Positions 54,700 to 64,000 of a stretch of DNA of 64,000 bases are shown here, one piece after another. The notes beneath the pieces are model-generated. The model ran no database searches and was not told where the DNA came from. It worked only from the letters and a program-made list of their open reading frames with translations. The position numbers and the translations under genes are program-made. The stretch comes from an uncultured Planctomycetia bacterium (GTDB lineage: Bacteria > Omnitrophota > Gorgyraeia > CAYWPX01), in assembly GCA_964460615.1 (NCBI GenBank), contig CAYWPX010000004.1, forward strand, positions 83,116 through 147,115, given 5' to 3'. How positions within the stretch are numbered: position 1 is the stretch's first letter; every line of letters starts with the position of its first letter.

Positions 54700-55911
54700 T
54701 TACAAATACACAATATCCTCATTATGAAAAAGGCTCAAAAATAACAGCATATAGTCCCTCAAATGCCTTGTTATAAGGAAATTATTTTTTATATGCTCTT
54801 TACCGTTCTGGCCGAGTTTAACCGCATATTCAGGATTATTCAGAAGCTGTTTTATATTAAATGCCGCTCCGTCTATTGAATGGCACAATAGGCCTGAATA
54901 TTTATGCTTTACTTGAAGTGGTATGCCCCCGACATTTGAGGCAACAACCGGTTTCCCTTTCCAAAGGGCCTCCGAAACAGTCAGCCCGAAACCTTCTTTA
55001 AGAGATTTTTGTATTATCACTGTGGATGCCCTTTGAAGCGCATTGATCTCTATATCATTCTGAGGAAGAAGAAGTATATGGATATCCTCATCGTCTTTTG
55101 CCTTTTGACGTACTTCATCAAGCACCTTTATACCTTCCGGGTCATCTGTTGCGCCTCCGCCCGCCAGGATCAACTGGCAGTCTGTGTATTTTTTTACCGC
55201 TTTATATGCTTCTATTACGCCAACAGGGTCTTTCAGGGCATCGAACCTTGATATCTGGGTAAGGATGGGTTTATTCCTCTCGATACCATACTTTTCTAGG
55301 ACCGAATCGATCTCTTCCGGGCTTAATTCTTTATTTTTGTCGCTCAAAGGATCTATCGAAGGAGAAATTAGAAACTGCCTTATAGGAAGCTTCTGGGAAA
55401 AAGCCGGAGCTGAAAAAACGATAGAGTCATATTTTTTTATAAAACCATAAAGAAATTTCCAGACTTTTTCTTCGGGATTTGACACATCTATATGACATCT
55501 CCAGATCCACTTATTTTCTGCTTTTTTTTCTATGAGAGCTATGGGCTGGGGATCATGAATAAAAACTATGTCCCCGTATATATTCACCTCTTCTATATTG
55601 GCCCTGCTCGTTTCCATGAAAATCTCAAAATCTTTTTCTGTAACCTCCTCTTTTTTGCCATGGAGGACATTATGAAATTTTTTTGTTACGCCGAAAAACT
55701 GTTCTCCTCCCTTTATAAGGTCCCATCTGGCGTCTATCCCAAGATCCTTCAAAAGCGGCACCATCCTGTTAAGGATCTCGGCCACGCCGCCTCCGACAGA
55801 AGTAGAGTTGATATTCTGGACTATTTTGCCGTTAAGCTTCTTGGCAAGCAGTTTAAGGTCATATATTACGGATTCGCCTACTATGGGTATATAGTCATCA
55901 ATTTTTGCCAT
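54700..55911 (-). CDS. treT: trehalose glycosyltransferring synthase (NDP-glucose:glucose, GT4)
   Basis: Blocks INSTSVGGGVAEIL, HDPQPIALIE, WRCHID, PSIDPLSDKN, REGFGLTVSEALWKGKPVV, FLITRHL match archaeal/Thermotoga TreT. Confidence 0.8.
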   Translation of the reverse strand: MAKIDDYIPIVGESVIYDLKLLAKKLNGKIVQNINSTSVGGGVAEILNRMVPLLKDLGIDARWDLIKGGEQFFGVTKKFHNVLHGKKEEVTEKDFEIFMETSRANIEEVNIYGDIVFIHDPQPIALIEKKAENKWIWRCHIDVSNPEEKVWKFLYGFIKKYDSIVFSAPAFSQKLPIRQFLISPSIDPLSDKNKELSPEEIDSVLEKYGIERNKPILTQISRFDALKDPVGVIEAYKAVKKYTDCQLILAGGGATDDPEGIKVLDEVRQKAKDDEDIHILLLPQNDIEINALQRASTVIIQKSLKEGFGLTVSEALWKGKPVVASNVGGIPLQVKHKYSGLLCHSIDGAAFNIKQLLNNPEYAVKLGQNGKEHIKNNFLITRHLRDYMLLFLSLFHNEDIVYL

Positions 55912-55912
55912 A

Positions 55913-56596
55913 TTAACCCTTGATCTCTTTTTCGATGATCCTGGTTATTTTTTTTCTTAGCTCTTCCAGCGTATATGTATAGGGATCGAGTTTTGTTATC
56001 TGAACGGCGATCTTCTTATTGTCGGCAGAATTTTCAAACCAGTTGGAAAAATCGTTTGAGCTTTTTTCAAGCCTCAGTCTTGATTCGAAGATATGATAAT
56101 AAATCGAATCTATTGCGATTTTGTTAAGTATCTCAAGAAATTCCGAAAGATTGCCTGCCACAAATCCTGTTTCAAAAATAAAGCTGACGGATTTGATAAA
56201 ATGGAACTCTTCATTTTCACCGGCAAATTTAAGCTTGGACTTAGGATAGGTATCCATATAGGATTCTATTGTTAAGATAAGCTTCTCCCGGAGGGCCCTT
56301 ATTGAGCCATATTGGACGGTATCTATACTTGCCAATAACTCGCCAAGTTTTTTTTCGCCCAAAATCTGTGTCACCCAGTATGCAAAATCATTTGGCGGTT
56401 CCGGAGACAGATACTGGTGCTGCTGCAAAAACCTGTGAGTATGATGATAGATACTGGAGCCCGGGACTTCCTTAAGGAGGGTTAATAGCTCTTCAAGATT
56501 GCATGCTTTAAGGCCGGTAAGCTCCGTTAGATGGAGTCTCGTAAAAAACTTGAAAGGCTCTTTTGCGTCTTTTATCTCTTTCATCTGAGGCCTCAT
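55913..56596 (-). CDS. hypothetical protein embedded in trehalose locus
   Basis: 227 aa soluble protein, no recognisable motif; stop/start overlaps with treT and otsB. Confidence 0.4.
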   Translation of the reverse strand: MRPQMKEIKDAKEPFKFFTRLHLTELTGLKACNLEELLTLLKEVPGSSIYHHTHRFLQQHQYLSPEPPNDFAYWVTQILGEKKLGELLASIDTVQYGSIRALREKLILTIESYMDTYPKSKLKFAGENEEFHFIKSVSFIFETGFVAGNLSEFLEILNKIAIDSIYYHIFESRLRLEKSSNDFSNWFENSADNKKIAVQITKLDPYTYTLEELRKKITRIIEKEIKG

Positions 56597-57378
56597 ATCC
56601 CGGTAAGGATTTTTAAAAACTTTGTAACTTCTTTTGTATTTTTCAAATAATATTGGGCGCCCAGCATCCCTTTCTCCCGGCCTACAAAAATCGTCAGGCC
56701 TTCACCACGGATAGCCCTGAAAGCATCTCTGTCTGTTATATCATCGCCTATATATAGCGGGATCAAATTTGAATTCTTAGAAATCCTTTTTTCTTCCCTC
56801 ATAAGGCTTAAGACCGCCTTCCCTTTGTTCCAATCTACCGGAGGTTTGACTTCAAATACCTTTTTTCCTTTAATAAGTTTTACTGATCCGCTTTTAATAA
56901 AAGGTCTGATAATATCATCAAATCCTTTTTTGATCGCAAAAATATCTTTTTTATCGACCATTCGGTAGTGGATAGATAAAGTAATTTCCTTATCTTCTAT
57001 CAATACGCCCTTTATCCTTCCAAATCTCTGAGCCGATTCTTTCTTTATTTTTCTTAATATCTTTCTGTATCCTTTTGGGATGCGGCAGCTATAACTATGC
57101 CCCGCTGAAAACTGCAGGCCGTGGTTGCCGGAATAATATATGCCTTTTATGCCTATAACCTTTTTCAGATTTTTTAAAGACCTTCCGCTGATAATAGCAA
57201 CCCTGAAATTCTTTTTTCTTTTCAATGATTCCAAGGATTCTCTGTTTGCCTCAGGAAAGACTGCTAAACTCGGCTTCCTGGCAATCTCAGAAAGGGTCCC
57301 GTCAAAATCCAAAAAAAGATATATGAATTTATCCTTTAGATTTTTTTTTATCTTTTCTATGTTCGAAAATAAATACAT
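56593..57378 (-). CDS. otsB: trehalose-6-phosphate phosphatase (HAD-IIB)
   Basis: LFLDFDGTLSEIA motif I, GDDITDRDAF motif IV. Confidence 0.8.
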   Translation of the reverse strand: MYLFSNIEKIKKNLKDKFIYLFLDFDGTLSEIARKPSLAVFPEANRESLESLKRKKNFRVAIISGRSLKNLKKVIGIKGIYYSGNHGLQFSAGHSYSCRIPKGYRKILRKIKKESAQRFGRIKGVLIEDKEITLSIHYRMVDKKDIFAIKKGFDDIIRPFIKSGSVKLIKGKKVFEVKPPVDWNKGKAVLSLMREEKRISKNSNLIPLYIGDDITDRDAFRAIRGEGLTIFVGREKGMLGAQYYLKNTKEVTKFLKILTGI

Positions 57379-57382
57379 TTGC

Positions 57383-59614
57383 CTAAGACTTATTTAATAT
57401 TGATATCTCGTTTATTATATTGCCTGCCCATTTATATATATTATTTTCCGCAATTACCTCTTTCATATTTTTCATCCTTTTTTCTTTCTCACCAACGGGC
57501 ATCTCAACGGCAAACTTGATCGCATCCGCAAATTCTTCTATTGCATAGGGATTTACTATAATAGCATCATTCAGTTCGCGCGATGCTCCGGTGAACTTAC
57601 TAAGGACAAGTGCTCCTTTGGAATTTTCTTTTGCGGCAATATATTCTTTTGCGACAAGGTTCATTCCGTCATGGAGAGAACTCACTATACAAAAATCAGC
57701 CATTGCATAAAATGGCTTTATTTCTTCCGGCGAAAAATGCCTTTTTAGATAAATTATCGGTTTCCATTCTCCATCTGAATGTTTCCAGTTTATTTCTTCA
57801 ACCAATTCATCTATCTCTCCCATAAGGTCATGGTATCTTTTTATATGCGTCCGGCTCGGGGCTCCGATCTGGATAAAAACAAGCTTTCCCCTGTAAACCG
57901 GGTTCTTGTCAAGGAACCTGTCAATAGCCTTAATTCGCTCCTCTATACCCTTGGTATAATCGATCCTGTCAACCCCCACGCCAATGATCTTATTTTCCAG
58001 GTCATACTCAAGGCGGATTTTTTCCATTATGCTTTTATCCGAATCCGATACATTGCCGCTTATATTTGGATCTATGCTTATAGGAAAAGGCTTTATGAAA
58101 CTTTCTTTGCCGCTTCTTATGACACTCGATTTTTCTGTGTCAACACGGCATTCTAAAAGACGATTTGCTGTATCAAGAAAATTATTGCAATGAAATTGGG
58201 TATGAAACCCTATGAGGTCGCAGGCTAAAAGCCCGTCAAGTATCTCTTTCTGATAAGGACATATTGAAAAAACCTCCGGGTTAGGCCAAGGAATATGCCA
58301 AAAAAGCGCTACAACCGCATCGGGCTTTTTTTCTTTTATCAATTTTGCCAAAAGCGTAAAATGGTAATCCTGAATAAAAACAAGAGATCTTTTATCCGGG
58401 AGTTCCTCAATTATGCTATCGGCAAATTTTTGATTTACTTTTTTATACATCCTGAAGTCCGCTTCCTTAAAAATCGGCCGCGTATGTGTTATATGGCAAA
58501 GAGGCCAGAGGCCTTCGTTTGAAAAACCATAGTAGTATCCTTCTTCCTCCTCTTTTGTGATCCAAACCCTTTTTAAAATATACCTATTATCATCCGGAGG
58601 AACCCCAAGTTTATTTTTAGAATTTACAAACTTTTTGTCAGCATTTCCGCTGCCATGGGCGATCCATGTCCCGCCGCAGGCTCTTAATAACGGATCTATG
58701 GCTGTTACTACGCCGCTTGCGGGCCTGAAACACCTTGGGGTATTTTTGCCTTCATCGAGAATGTGCATATAAGGTTCTCTATTGGAAACTACAATAAGGG
58801 CATTTTCACCTATTTTTGCCTTAACGAGATCTCTTAGTTTGGATTCAGTCCATCTTTCTTCTTTTTGGACCCTCTCCTGAGCTTCTTCTGAGATCACCTT
58901 TCTTGCTACTCTGAGGCTTAGGGCTACCTGTTCAACTTCACTGGCAAGCTTTCCAAGTTCATCTTTTTGAATAGGATGAAATGAATCTATTTCGCCTTTT
59001 TGAAAACCATGAAACCATTCTGTAAGCTGTTTTACCGGCATAACAAATATCTGGCGCTGCATCAAAAGAGTAATAAAAAATATCAATATGACCAGTACCC
59101 CGAGCGGCATAACCATCTTCTTCCATAGTTCGCTCATCTCCGTAAAAACATACGATGTATCATAGACTACTTCCGACAATCCTATGACATTATTTTCGTC
59201 GTCCAAAACGGGGATTATATAGCTGTAAAATGAATATTCTTTGAATTTTTCCAGGTTTCCGCGGGGTGTTTTGTTCTGAAGGATTTCCTTGATGTAGGGG
59301 CGGTCTTTATCTCTCCAATCGGCAATCCTCTCCGTTATAGCAATAATATTGCCTTCTTTGTCATATAATACGCAGCCTTGCATCCGCTCCCTTTTTTGAA
59401 AGCCTTCCACAAGACGATTAGCGGCTTTAATGTCATTATTTAAGAAAATATACTTTGCGGAAATTTCTATGCTTTCATCAACGCTACGGGCCTTCCTTTT
59501 AAGATCGTCTAATAAATTATTTTCCTGGAGTTTCGCCTGGAAAAACCCAAATGCGGCGAACCCGGCGGATACAATCAGGAGGATTGGGAGGATAAAAAGT
59601 AAAATTTTTTTCAT
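57383..59614 (-). CDS. otsA: trehalose-6-phosphate synthase (GT20) with N-terminal periplasmic sensor domain, second TM and HAMP-like linker
   Basis: TM1, ~150 aa extracytoplasmic, TM2, PVKQLTEWFHGFQKGEID...DELGKLASEVEQVA HAMP-like, then LIVVSNREPYMH GT20 start. Confidence 0.8.
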   Translation of the reverse strand: MKKILLFILPILLIVSAGFAAFGFFQAKLQENNLLDDLKRKARSVDESIEISAKYIFLNNDIKAANRLVEGFQKRERMQGCVLYDKEGNIIAITERIADWRDKDRPYIKEILQNKTPRGNLEKFKEYSFYSYIIPVLDDENNVIGLSEVVYDTSYVFTEMSELWKKMVMPLGVLVILIFFITLLMQRQIFVMPVKQLTEWFHGFQKGEIDSFHPIQKDELGKLASEVEQVALSLRVARKVISEEAQERVQKEERWTESKLRDLVKAKIGENALIVVSNREPYMHILDEGKNTPRCFRPASGVVTAIDPLLRACGGTWIAHGSGNADKKFVNSKNKLGVPPDDNRYILKRVWITKEEEEGYYYGFSNEGLWPLCHITHTRPIFKEADFRMYKKVNQKFADSIIEELPDKRSLVFIQDYHFTLLAKLIKEKKPDAVVALFWHIPWPNPEVFSICPYQKEILDGLLACDLIGFHTQFHCNNFLDTANRLLECRVDTEKSSVIRSGKESFIKPFPISIDPNISGNVSDSDKSIMEKIRLEYDLENKIIGVGVDRIDYTKGIEERIKAIDRFLDKNPVYRGKLVFIQIGAPSRTHIKRYHDLMGEIDELVEEINWKHSDGEWKPIIYLKRHFSPEEIKPFYAMADFCIVSSLHDGMNLVAKEYIAAKENSKGALVLSKFTGASRELNDAIIVNPYAIEEFADAIKFAVEMPVGEKEKRMKNMKEVIAENNIYKWAGNIINEISILNKS

Positions 59615-59825
59615 ATGATACCCTCAAAGAAGATAAATATGGCGGCCCGACCACATGAAAAACCTCTGGAAGTCTTTGGTAACTTCCAGACCCTTTAACG
59701 ATAAATATATATTCCAATTTTACATAATTACTAAAATAAAATCAAGCGAATATAATAAATCTTTCTTAGCTCATACTTGCCCTACGGCTTTGCAATAAGG
59801 CAGTGCAGCAGACTAGAAAAAGTTT

Positions 59826-60605
59826 TTATTTACTGACAACAATCTCTTTCCATTGGCCGGGCCTCAGATCCCTAAGTTCATACGGGCCGTATTTTATCCT
59901 TTTTAAGTGTAAAACAGATTTTCCGAACTTTTCAAAAAGTCTTCTGGGTTCACGGTTCTTGCCTTCAGCCAGGGTTATTTCAAAAAAAGTGAGGTCATCC
60001 GGATTTAACGCTTTAAAAGTGGTCGGTTTTGATATTTCGCTTCTGCCTATATCCACGCCTTGTCTTATAAGAGATATCTCTTCCTGATCCAGTGGCTTAT
60101 CGATCTTTACTTCATAGACTCTTGGAATATTACTTTTAGGATTAGTCAATCTTTCGCCAAATTGTGTGTCATTGGTAAATATCAGAAGCCCTTCGCTATC
60201 CATATCTAATCTCCCTACCGGAAAAACCCAGTCTTTTACATTCCCAAGCAATTCGTAGACGGTCTTCCTGCCCAATTCATCATGCCTCGTAGTTATATAT
60301 CCGGCAGGCTTATTAAGCATAAGATACCTGAGTTTTTTCTTTAAAGGAGGTTTGCCTTCAACTAAGATCTTATCAAAATTTTTTATTTTAAGGCCCGGGT
60401 CTCTAACAATTTTGCTATTCACGCTAACGAGGCCCCCTTGAACCAATTTTAGAGCCTCTTTTCTTGAGCAGTATCCTAATTTTGATAGAGTACGTATAAT
60501 ATTGTATGTGCCTTGAGTGCTATCCGGATCACTCCTAAGATGATAACGTTTAGAATTGGGATTGATCTTATTCTTATCTTTATGGGTAAATTTTTTGCGG
60601 GGCAT
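59826..60605 (-). CDS. pseudouridine synthase RsuA/RluB family with K-rich N-terminal extension
   Basis: S4 domain then RLDMDSEGLLIFTND catalytic Asp block. Confidence 0.8.
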   Translation of the reverse strand: MPRKKFTHKDKNKINPNSKRYHLRSDPDSTQGTYNIIRTLSKLGYCSRKEALKLVQGGLVSVNSKIVRDPGLKIKNFDKILVEGKPPLKKKLRYLMLNKPAGYITTRHDELGRKTVYELLGNVKDWVFPVGRLDMDSEGLLIFTNDTQFGERLTNPKSNIPRVYEVKIDKPLDQEEISLIRQGVDIGRSEISKPTTFKALNPDDLTFFEITLAEGKNREPRRLFEKFGKSVLHLKRIKYGPYELRDLRPGQWKEIVVSK

Positions 60606-60659
60606 ATCGACAGCTTTCTATTTATGGTACTCGTTATTATATCAATTAAACAAATTTTA

Positions 60660-60704
60660 TCAATATAAAACACTAAATGCCTGATCAATTTCGATCAGGC
60701 ATTT
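60660..60704 (-). terminator. terminator after gltD
   Basis: AAATGCCTGATC..GATCAGGCATTT 11-bp stem then U-rich tract on minus strand. Confidence 0.6.
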
Positions 60705-60750
60705 ATTTAATTCTTACCATGAGCTAAGAGCAATGAACTATGAGCTAATT

Positions 60751-62193
60751 TTACATGACCGGCAGATTACTCTTCCCCATAAGATATTTATCTATCGCAT
60801 GAGCAGCTTTGCGCCCTTCGGATATAGCCCAGACTATTAACGACTGCCCCCGCCTGGCGTCTCCGGCGGCAAAGACACCTTTATAAGAGGTCATAAAATT
60901 TTGGTCTGTTTTAATATTTTTTCTTTCATCAAGTTCAAGTTTAAGCTCTGTAACGAGCCCCTTGTGCTCCGGATGCAAAAACCCTAAAGCTAAAACCACT
61001 AAATCCGCTTCAATATCAAAATTTGAATCAGGTATCTCTCTCATTATCGGGCAACCTTTATCGTCTTTTTGGAAAGTAAGCCTGACACAAGAAAGCTTTT
61101 TTACATCACCATTATTTCCGATAAACTTTTTTGTCAGTACCGCCCATTCTCTTTTACCGCCCTCTTCGTGGCTGGTGGAAACCTTTAATATCATCGGATA
61201 TTTCGGCCAAGGATATTCACCGGTCCTGCACTGTGGTGGCTGGTCCAGAAGTTCTATCTGGGTAATAGACTTGGCGCCCTGCCTGTGGGCAGTACCTACG
61301 CAATCTGCTCCGGTATCGCCTCCGCCTATTACAACTACATTTTTACCATTAGCATCAAGAAACTTATCGGCCGGTATCTCCTCACCGGCAACTCTTTTGT
61401 TAGACTGAATAAGATAATCCATCGCAAAATGCACTCCGCCTAGTTCCCTGCCCTCTATCTTAAGATCCCTCGGAACACGCGAACCGGCTGTAATAGCTAT
61501 GGCGTCAAATTGATCAAGAAGCGCCGATGAAAGAAGGTCGACTCCAGCGTTCATCTTGGTCACAAACTGAATCCCTTCTTTTTTTAATATATCAACCCTT
61601 CTATCTATGACAGATTTATCGAGTTTAAAATCAGGGATACCATACCTAAGCACTCCGCCGACTTTATCATCTTTCTCAAATACTACTACATTGTGTCCAG
61701 CCTTATTCAATTGATCAGCCAGGGCTAATCCGGCTGGGCCGGAACCTATAACACTAACCATCTTATCTGTGCGTTTTTTGGGAGGCTTGGGTTTAATATA
61801 CCCGGATTTGAATGCATGTTCAATGATAGATAATTCGTTTTCCCTTATAGTCACAGGATCGTCATTTATCCCCAAAACACAAGCAAACTCGCAAATCGCC
61901 GGACAAACTCGCCCTGTAATTTCGGGAAGGTTATTTGTAGCATTCAACATATCAAATGCTTTCTGCCACTTGCCGTTAAACATAAGATCGTTCCAGTCAG
62001 GTATATGGTTGCCGATAGGGCAACCCCAGTGGCAAAATGGAGTCCCGCAATCCATGCATCTTGAGGCCTGCTCTTTGGAGACTTCACTAGATCTCAGAGT
62101 GATTACTTCGCGATAATCCTTGACCCTTTCAGAAATAGGCCTATACTCTGATTTTTTTCTTTTTACTTTTAAAAATCCTTTTACGTCACCCAT
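60751..62193 (-). CDS. gltD: glutamate synthase small (NADPH) subunit
   Basis: CMDCGTPFCHWGCP Fe-S motif, VIGSGPAGLA FAD/NAD folds; start placed at Met14 (MGDVKGFL, GAGGA RBS), since tracked Met1 sits 3 nt after terminator U-run. Confidence 0.85.
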   Translation of the reverse strand: MGDVKGFLKVKRKKSEYRPISERVKDYREVITLRSSEVSKEQASRCMDCGTPFCHWGCPIGNHIPDWNDLMFNGKWQKAFDMLNATNNLPEITGRVCPAICEFACVLGINDDPVTIRENELSIIEHAFKSGYIKPKPPKKRTDKMVSVIGSGPAGLALADQLNKAGHNVVVFEKDDKVGGVLRYGIPDFKLDKSVIDRRVDILKKEGIQFVTKMNAGVDLLSSALLDQFDAIAITAGSRVPRDLKIEGRELGGVHFAMDYLIQSNKRVAGEEIPADKFLDANGKNVVVIGGGDTGADCVGTAHRQGAKSITQIELLDQPPQCRTGEYPWPKYPMILKVSTSHEEGGKREWAVLTKKFIGNNGDVKKLSCVRLTFQKDDKGCPIMREIPDSNFDIEADLVVLALGFLHPEHKGLVTELKLELDERKNIKTDQNFMTSYKGVFAAGDARRGQSLIVWAISEGRKAAHAIDKYLMGKSNLPVM

Positions 62194-62235
62194 TTTATCC
62201 TCGTGCAATTTATTTAGAAGCTCTTGGCTCATAGT

Positions 62236-62291
62236 AAAAAAACCATGAGCTCTGCCTGCCTCGCTGTAGGCGAGCAGGCGAAACTATGAGC
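62236..62291 (-). terminator. terminator after gltB (GC hairpin of TATGAGC family plus U7)
   Basis: stem GCCTGCCTCGC..GCGAGCAGGC flanked by inverted CTCATAG units then TTTTTTT on minus strand. Confidence 0.6.
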
Positions 62292-62302
62292 TATGAGCTA
62301 AA

Positions 62303-64000
62303 TTATCCATCCGCAACTTCCGAAAGATCCAGTTTCTTTTCAAGCCTTTTTGTTTCCAGGATCCTCTTATATTCTAATGGCATTACTTTAACAAATCTCT
62401 TTATCTCTGAATGGAATTTATCCAGAATACTCTTGGCATTTGGGCTTGCGGTATACTTATAATGGTTATGTAAAAGGTTATATACCGTTTCAGAGTCTTC
62501 TTTTGTAAGCGTATCGAGCTCCACCATCTCGAGATTGCACTTACTTTTAAATTTTTCTTCTTTATCATATATATAGGCTATACCGCCTGACATGCCGGCG
62601 CCAAAATTCCTTCCCGTTTTACCTATTACCACAACTATGCCGCCTGTCATATATTCGCATCCGTGGTCTCCTACTCCTTCTACCACCCCTAACAACCCGG
62701 AATTTCTAATACAGAATCTTTCTCCCGCAACACCTCTGATATATGCCTCTCCTTTAATAGCGCCGTAGAACGTCGTATTGCCTATAAGGATGTTCTCATC
62801 GGATTTATAATCAGCATTCTTGTCGGGATAAATTATTATCTTGCCTCCTGAAATACCTTTGCCGACATAATCATTCGCCATCCCCTCTAATTCAAATGTA
62901 ACCCCCTTCGCCAAAAACGCCCCGAAAGATTGCCCTGCTACTCCGTTAAATTTACAATAAATAGTATCTTCACTCAGGCCTTCTTCGCCGAAATTCTTGC
63001 ATACCTCACCGCTTAGCATAGCCCCTGTTGTACGGTTAACATTTTTTATCGGAAGCGTTATTTTAACCGGTTCTTTTCTCTCAATAGCTTTATCGGCTAA
63101 TCTGATCAATTGTTTATCAAGAACATCGTCAATATTATGGTTTTGTTTGGTAGTAAAATGGGTCTCGACTGATTTTGGGACTTCCGGCTTATAAAGGATC
63201 CTTGAAAAATCGATCTCTTTTGCTTTCCACGGAAGAATGTCTTTATTTACTTCCAGGAAGTTTGTCTGGCCGACTAAGCCTTCTATATTTTTTACTCCGA
63301 GGCCGGCCATGATCTCACGAAGCTCTTCTGCAACAAAAGTAAAGTAATTTACTAAATATTCCGGCTTGCCGCTAAATCGCTTTTCAAGTATCTCATCCTG
63401 TGTGGCTACGCCTACTGAGCAGTTATTTAAATGGCAGTGCCTTAACATAACGCAGCCCGAGATAATAAGCGCCGCTGTGCAAAAACCAAATTCTTCCGCT
63501 CCTAATATTGCCGCTATAGCAACATCACGGCCTGTACGCATCTGGCCGTCTGTCTGAAGACGCACTCTGGATCGAAGATCATTTAAGACAAGTGTCTGGT
63601 GAGTCTCAGAAATACCAAGCTCCCACGGCAGCCCTGCGTGCTTAATAGAACTTATAGGAGATGCGCCTGTACCGCCGTCGCCCCCTGAAATAAGTATCAT
63701 ATCAGCGTGCCCTTTAGCGACACCTGCCGCAATAGTTCCAACGCCTATCTCCGAAACAAGCTTTACGCTTATGCGGGCGCCCGGATTTGCATTTTTTAGA
63801 TCAAATATCAGCTGCGCTAGATCTTCTATGGAATAAATGTCATGATGCGGCGGAGGAGATATCAAAGTTACGCCGGGGGTTGTATAACGTGTTTTAGCTA
63901 TAGTAACGCTTACCTTATGGCCCGGTAACTGCCCTCCTTCTCCCGGCTTTGCGCCCTGAGCGATCTTGATCTGTAATTCATCGGCATTAACCAGATAATT
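62303..64000 (-). CDS. gltB: glutamate synthase large subunit, C-terminal part (FMN and GXGXG domains); N-terminus beyond right edge
   Basis: [26 protein letters not shown] block continues in frame past tracked Met to window end; C-terminal GXGXG beta-helix. Confidence 0.9.
   Translation of the reverse strand, partial: NYLVNADELQIKIAQGAKPGEGGQLPGHKVSVTIAKTRYTTPGVTLISPPPHHDIYSIEDLAQLIFDLKNANPGARISVKLVSEIGVGTIAAGVAKGHADMILISGGDGGTGASPISSIKHAGLPWELGISETHQTLVLNDLRSRVRLQTDGQMRTGRDVAIAAILGAEEFGFCTAALIISGCVMLRHCHLNNCSVGVATQDEILEKRFSGKPEYLVNYFTFVAEELREIMAGLGVKNIEGLVGQTNFLEVNKDILPWKAKEIDFSRILYKPEVPKSVETHFTTKQNHNIDDVLDKQLIRLADKAIERKEPVKITLPIKNVNRTTGAMLSGEVCKNFGEEGLSEDTIYCKFNGVAGQSFGAFLAKGVTFELEGMANDYVGKGISGGKIIIYPDKNADYKSDENILIGNTTFYGAIKGEAYIRGVAGERFCIRNSGLLGVVEGVGDHGCEYMTGGIVVVIGKTGRNFGAGMSGGIAYIYDKEEKFKSKCNLEMVELDTLTKEDSETVYNLLHNHYKYTASPNAKSILDKFHSEIKRFVKVMPLEYKRILETKRLEKKLDLSEVADG

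Noticed and set aside
62194-62232. Tracked gltD start at Met1 (62232)
   Set aside because: Met1 lies 3 nt after the gltB terminator U-run with no room for an RBS; Met14 has a GAGGA RBS and matches the conserved KGFL start of GltD homologues, so 62193 is used.

Overview
The window is 64 kb of a low-GC, densely packed genome. All roughly 63 supportable genes sit on the minus strand, and no plus-strand ORF in the track looks real. I see no tRNA, rRNA, CRISPR array, transposase or integrase. Gene content points to a strict or aerotolerant anaerobe.

- **Redox and nitrosative defence island (5.3-17.6 kb):** DJ-1/PfpI, Tpx, a 1Fe superoxide reductase, a rubrerythrin-like protein, a flavodiiron protein, a two-subunit 2-oxoacid:ferredoxin oxidoreductase, LDH/MDH, hybrid-cluster protein Hcp, an HD-domain protein, an Fe-S protein and an Rrf2 regulator.
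- **Bat aerotolerance operon (27.0-35.7 kb):** a complete moxR-DUF58-membrane-batABCDE set.
- **Most unusual cluster (36.0-41.6 kb):** an orphan acetyl-CoA synthase AcsB with CooC, immediately preceded by a 409-aa homologue of only the C-terminal half of Ni-CODH (CooS) that has lost every cluster-ligating cysteine, and upstream of that a HypC-like domain fused to a bona fide HydE-type radical-SAM maturase. No intact CODH, corrinoid Fe-S protein or methyltransferase is present in the window.
- **Other loci:** a class II CPD photolyase, nitroreductase, TspO and peroxiredoxin cluster; a trehalose locus (TreT plus OtsB plus a sensor-HAMP-OtsA fusion); and two glutamate synthase systems (a standalone GltB-FMN-domain protein, and canonical gltB-gltD at the right edge, with gltB running off the window).
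- **Intergenic elements:** almost every intergenic spacer carries one of two families of long imperfect hairpin cassettes, one GTACG/ATCG-rich and one TATGAGC-heptamer-rich, each with an A/T-rich loop. Arm sequences differ between loci in a compensatory way. There is also an ~800-nt non-coding gap (13.2-14.0 kb) with four tandem ~88-nt hairpin repeats, a near-identical 48-nt palindrome upstream of both hcp and the gltB-like gene, and a candidate structured sRNA with UUCG tetraloops at 52.5 kb.

All identifications come from reading translated ORFs and sequence motifs from memory of protein families; no database search was possible.
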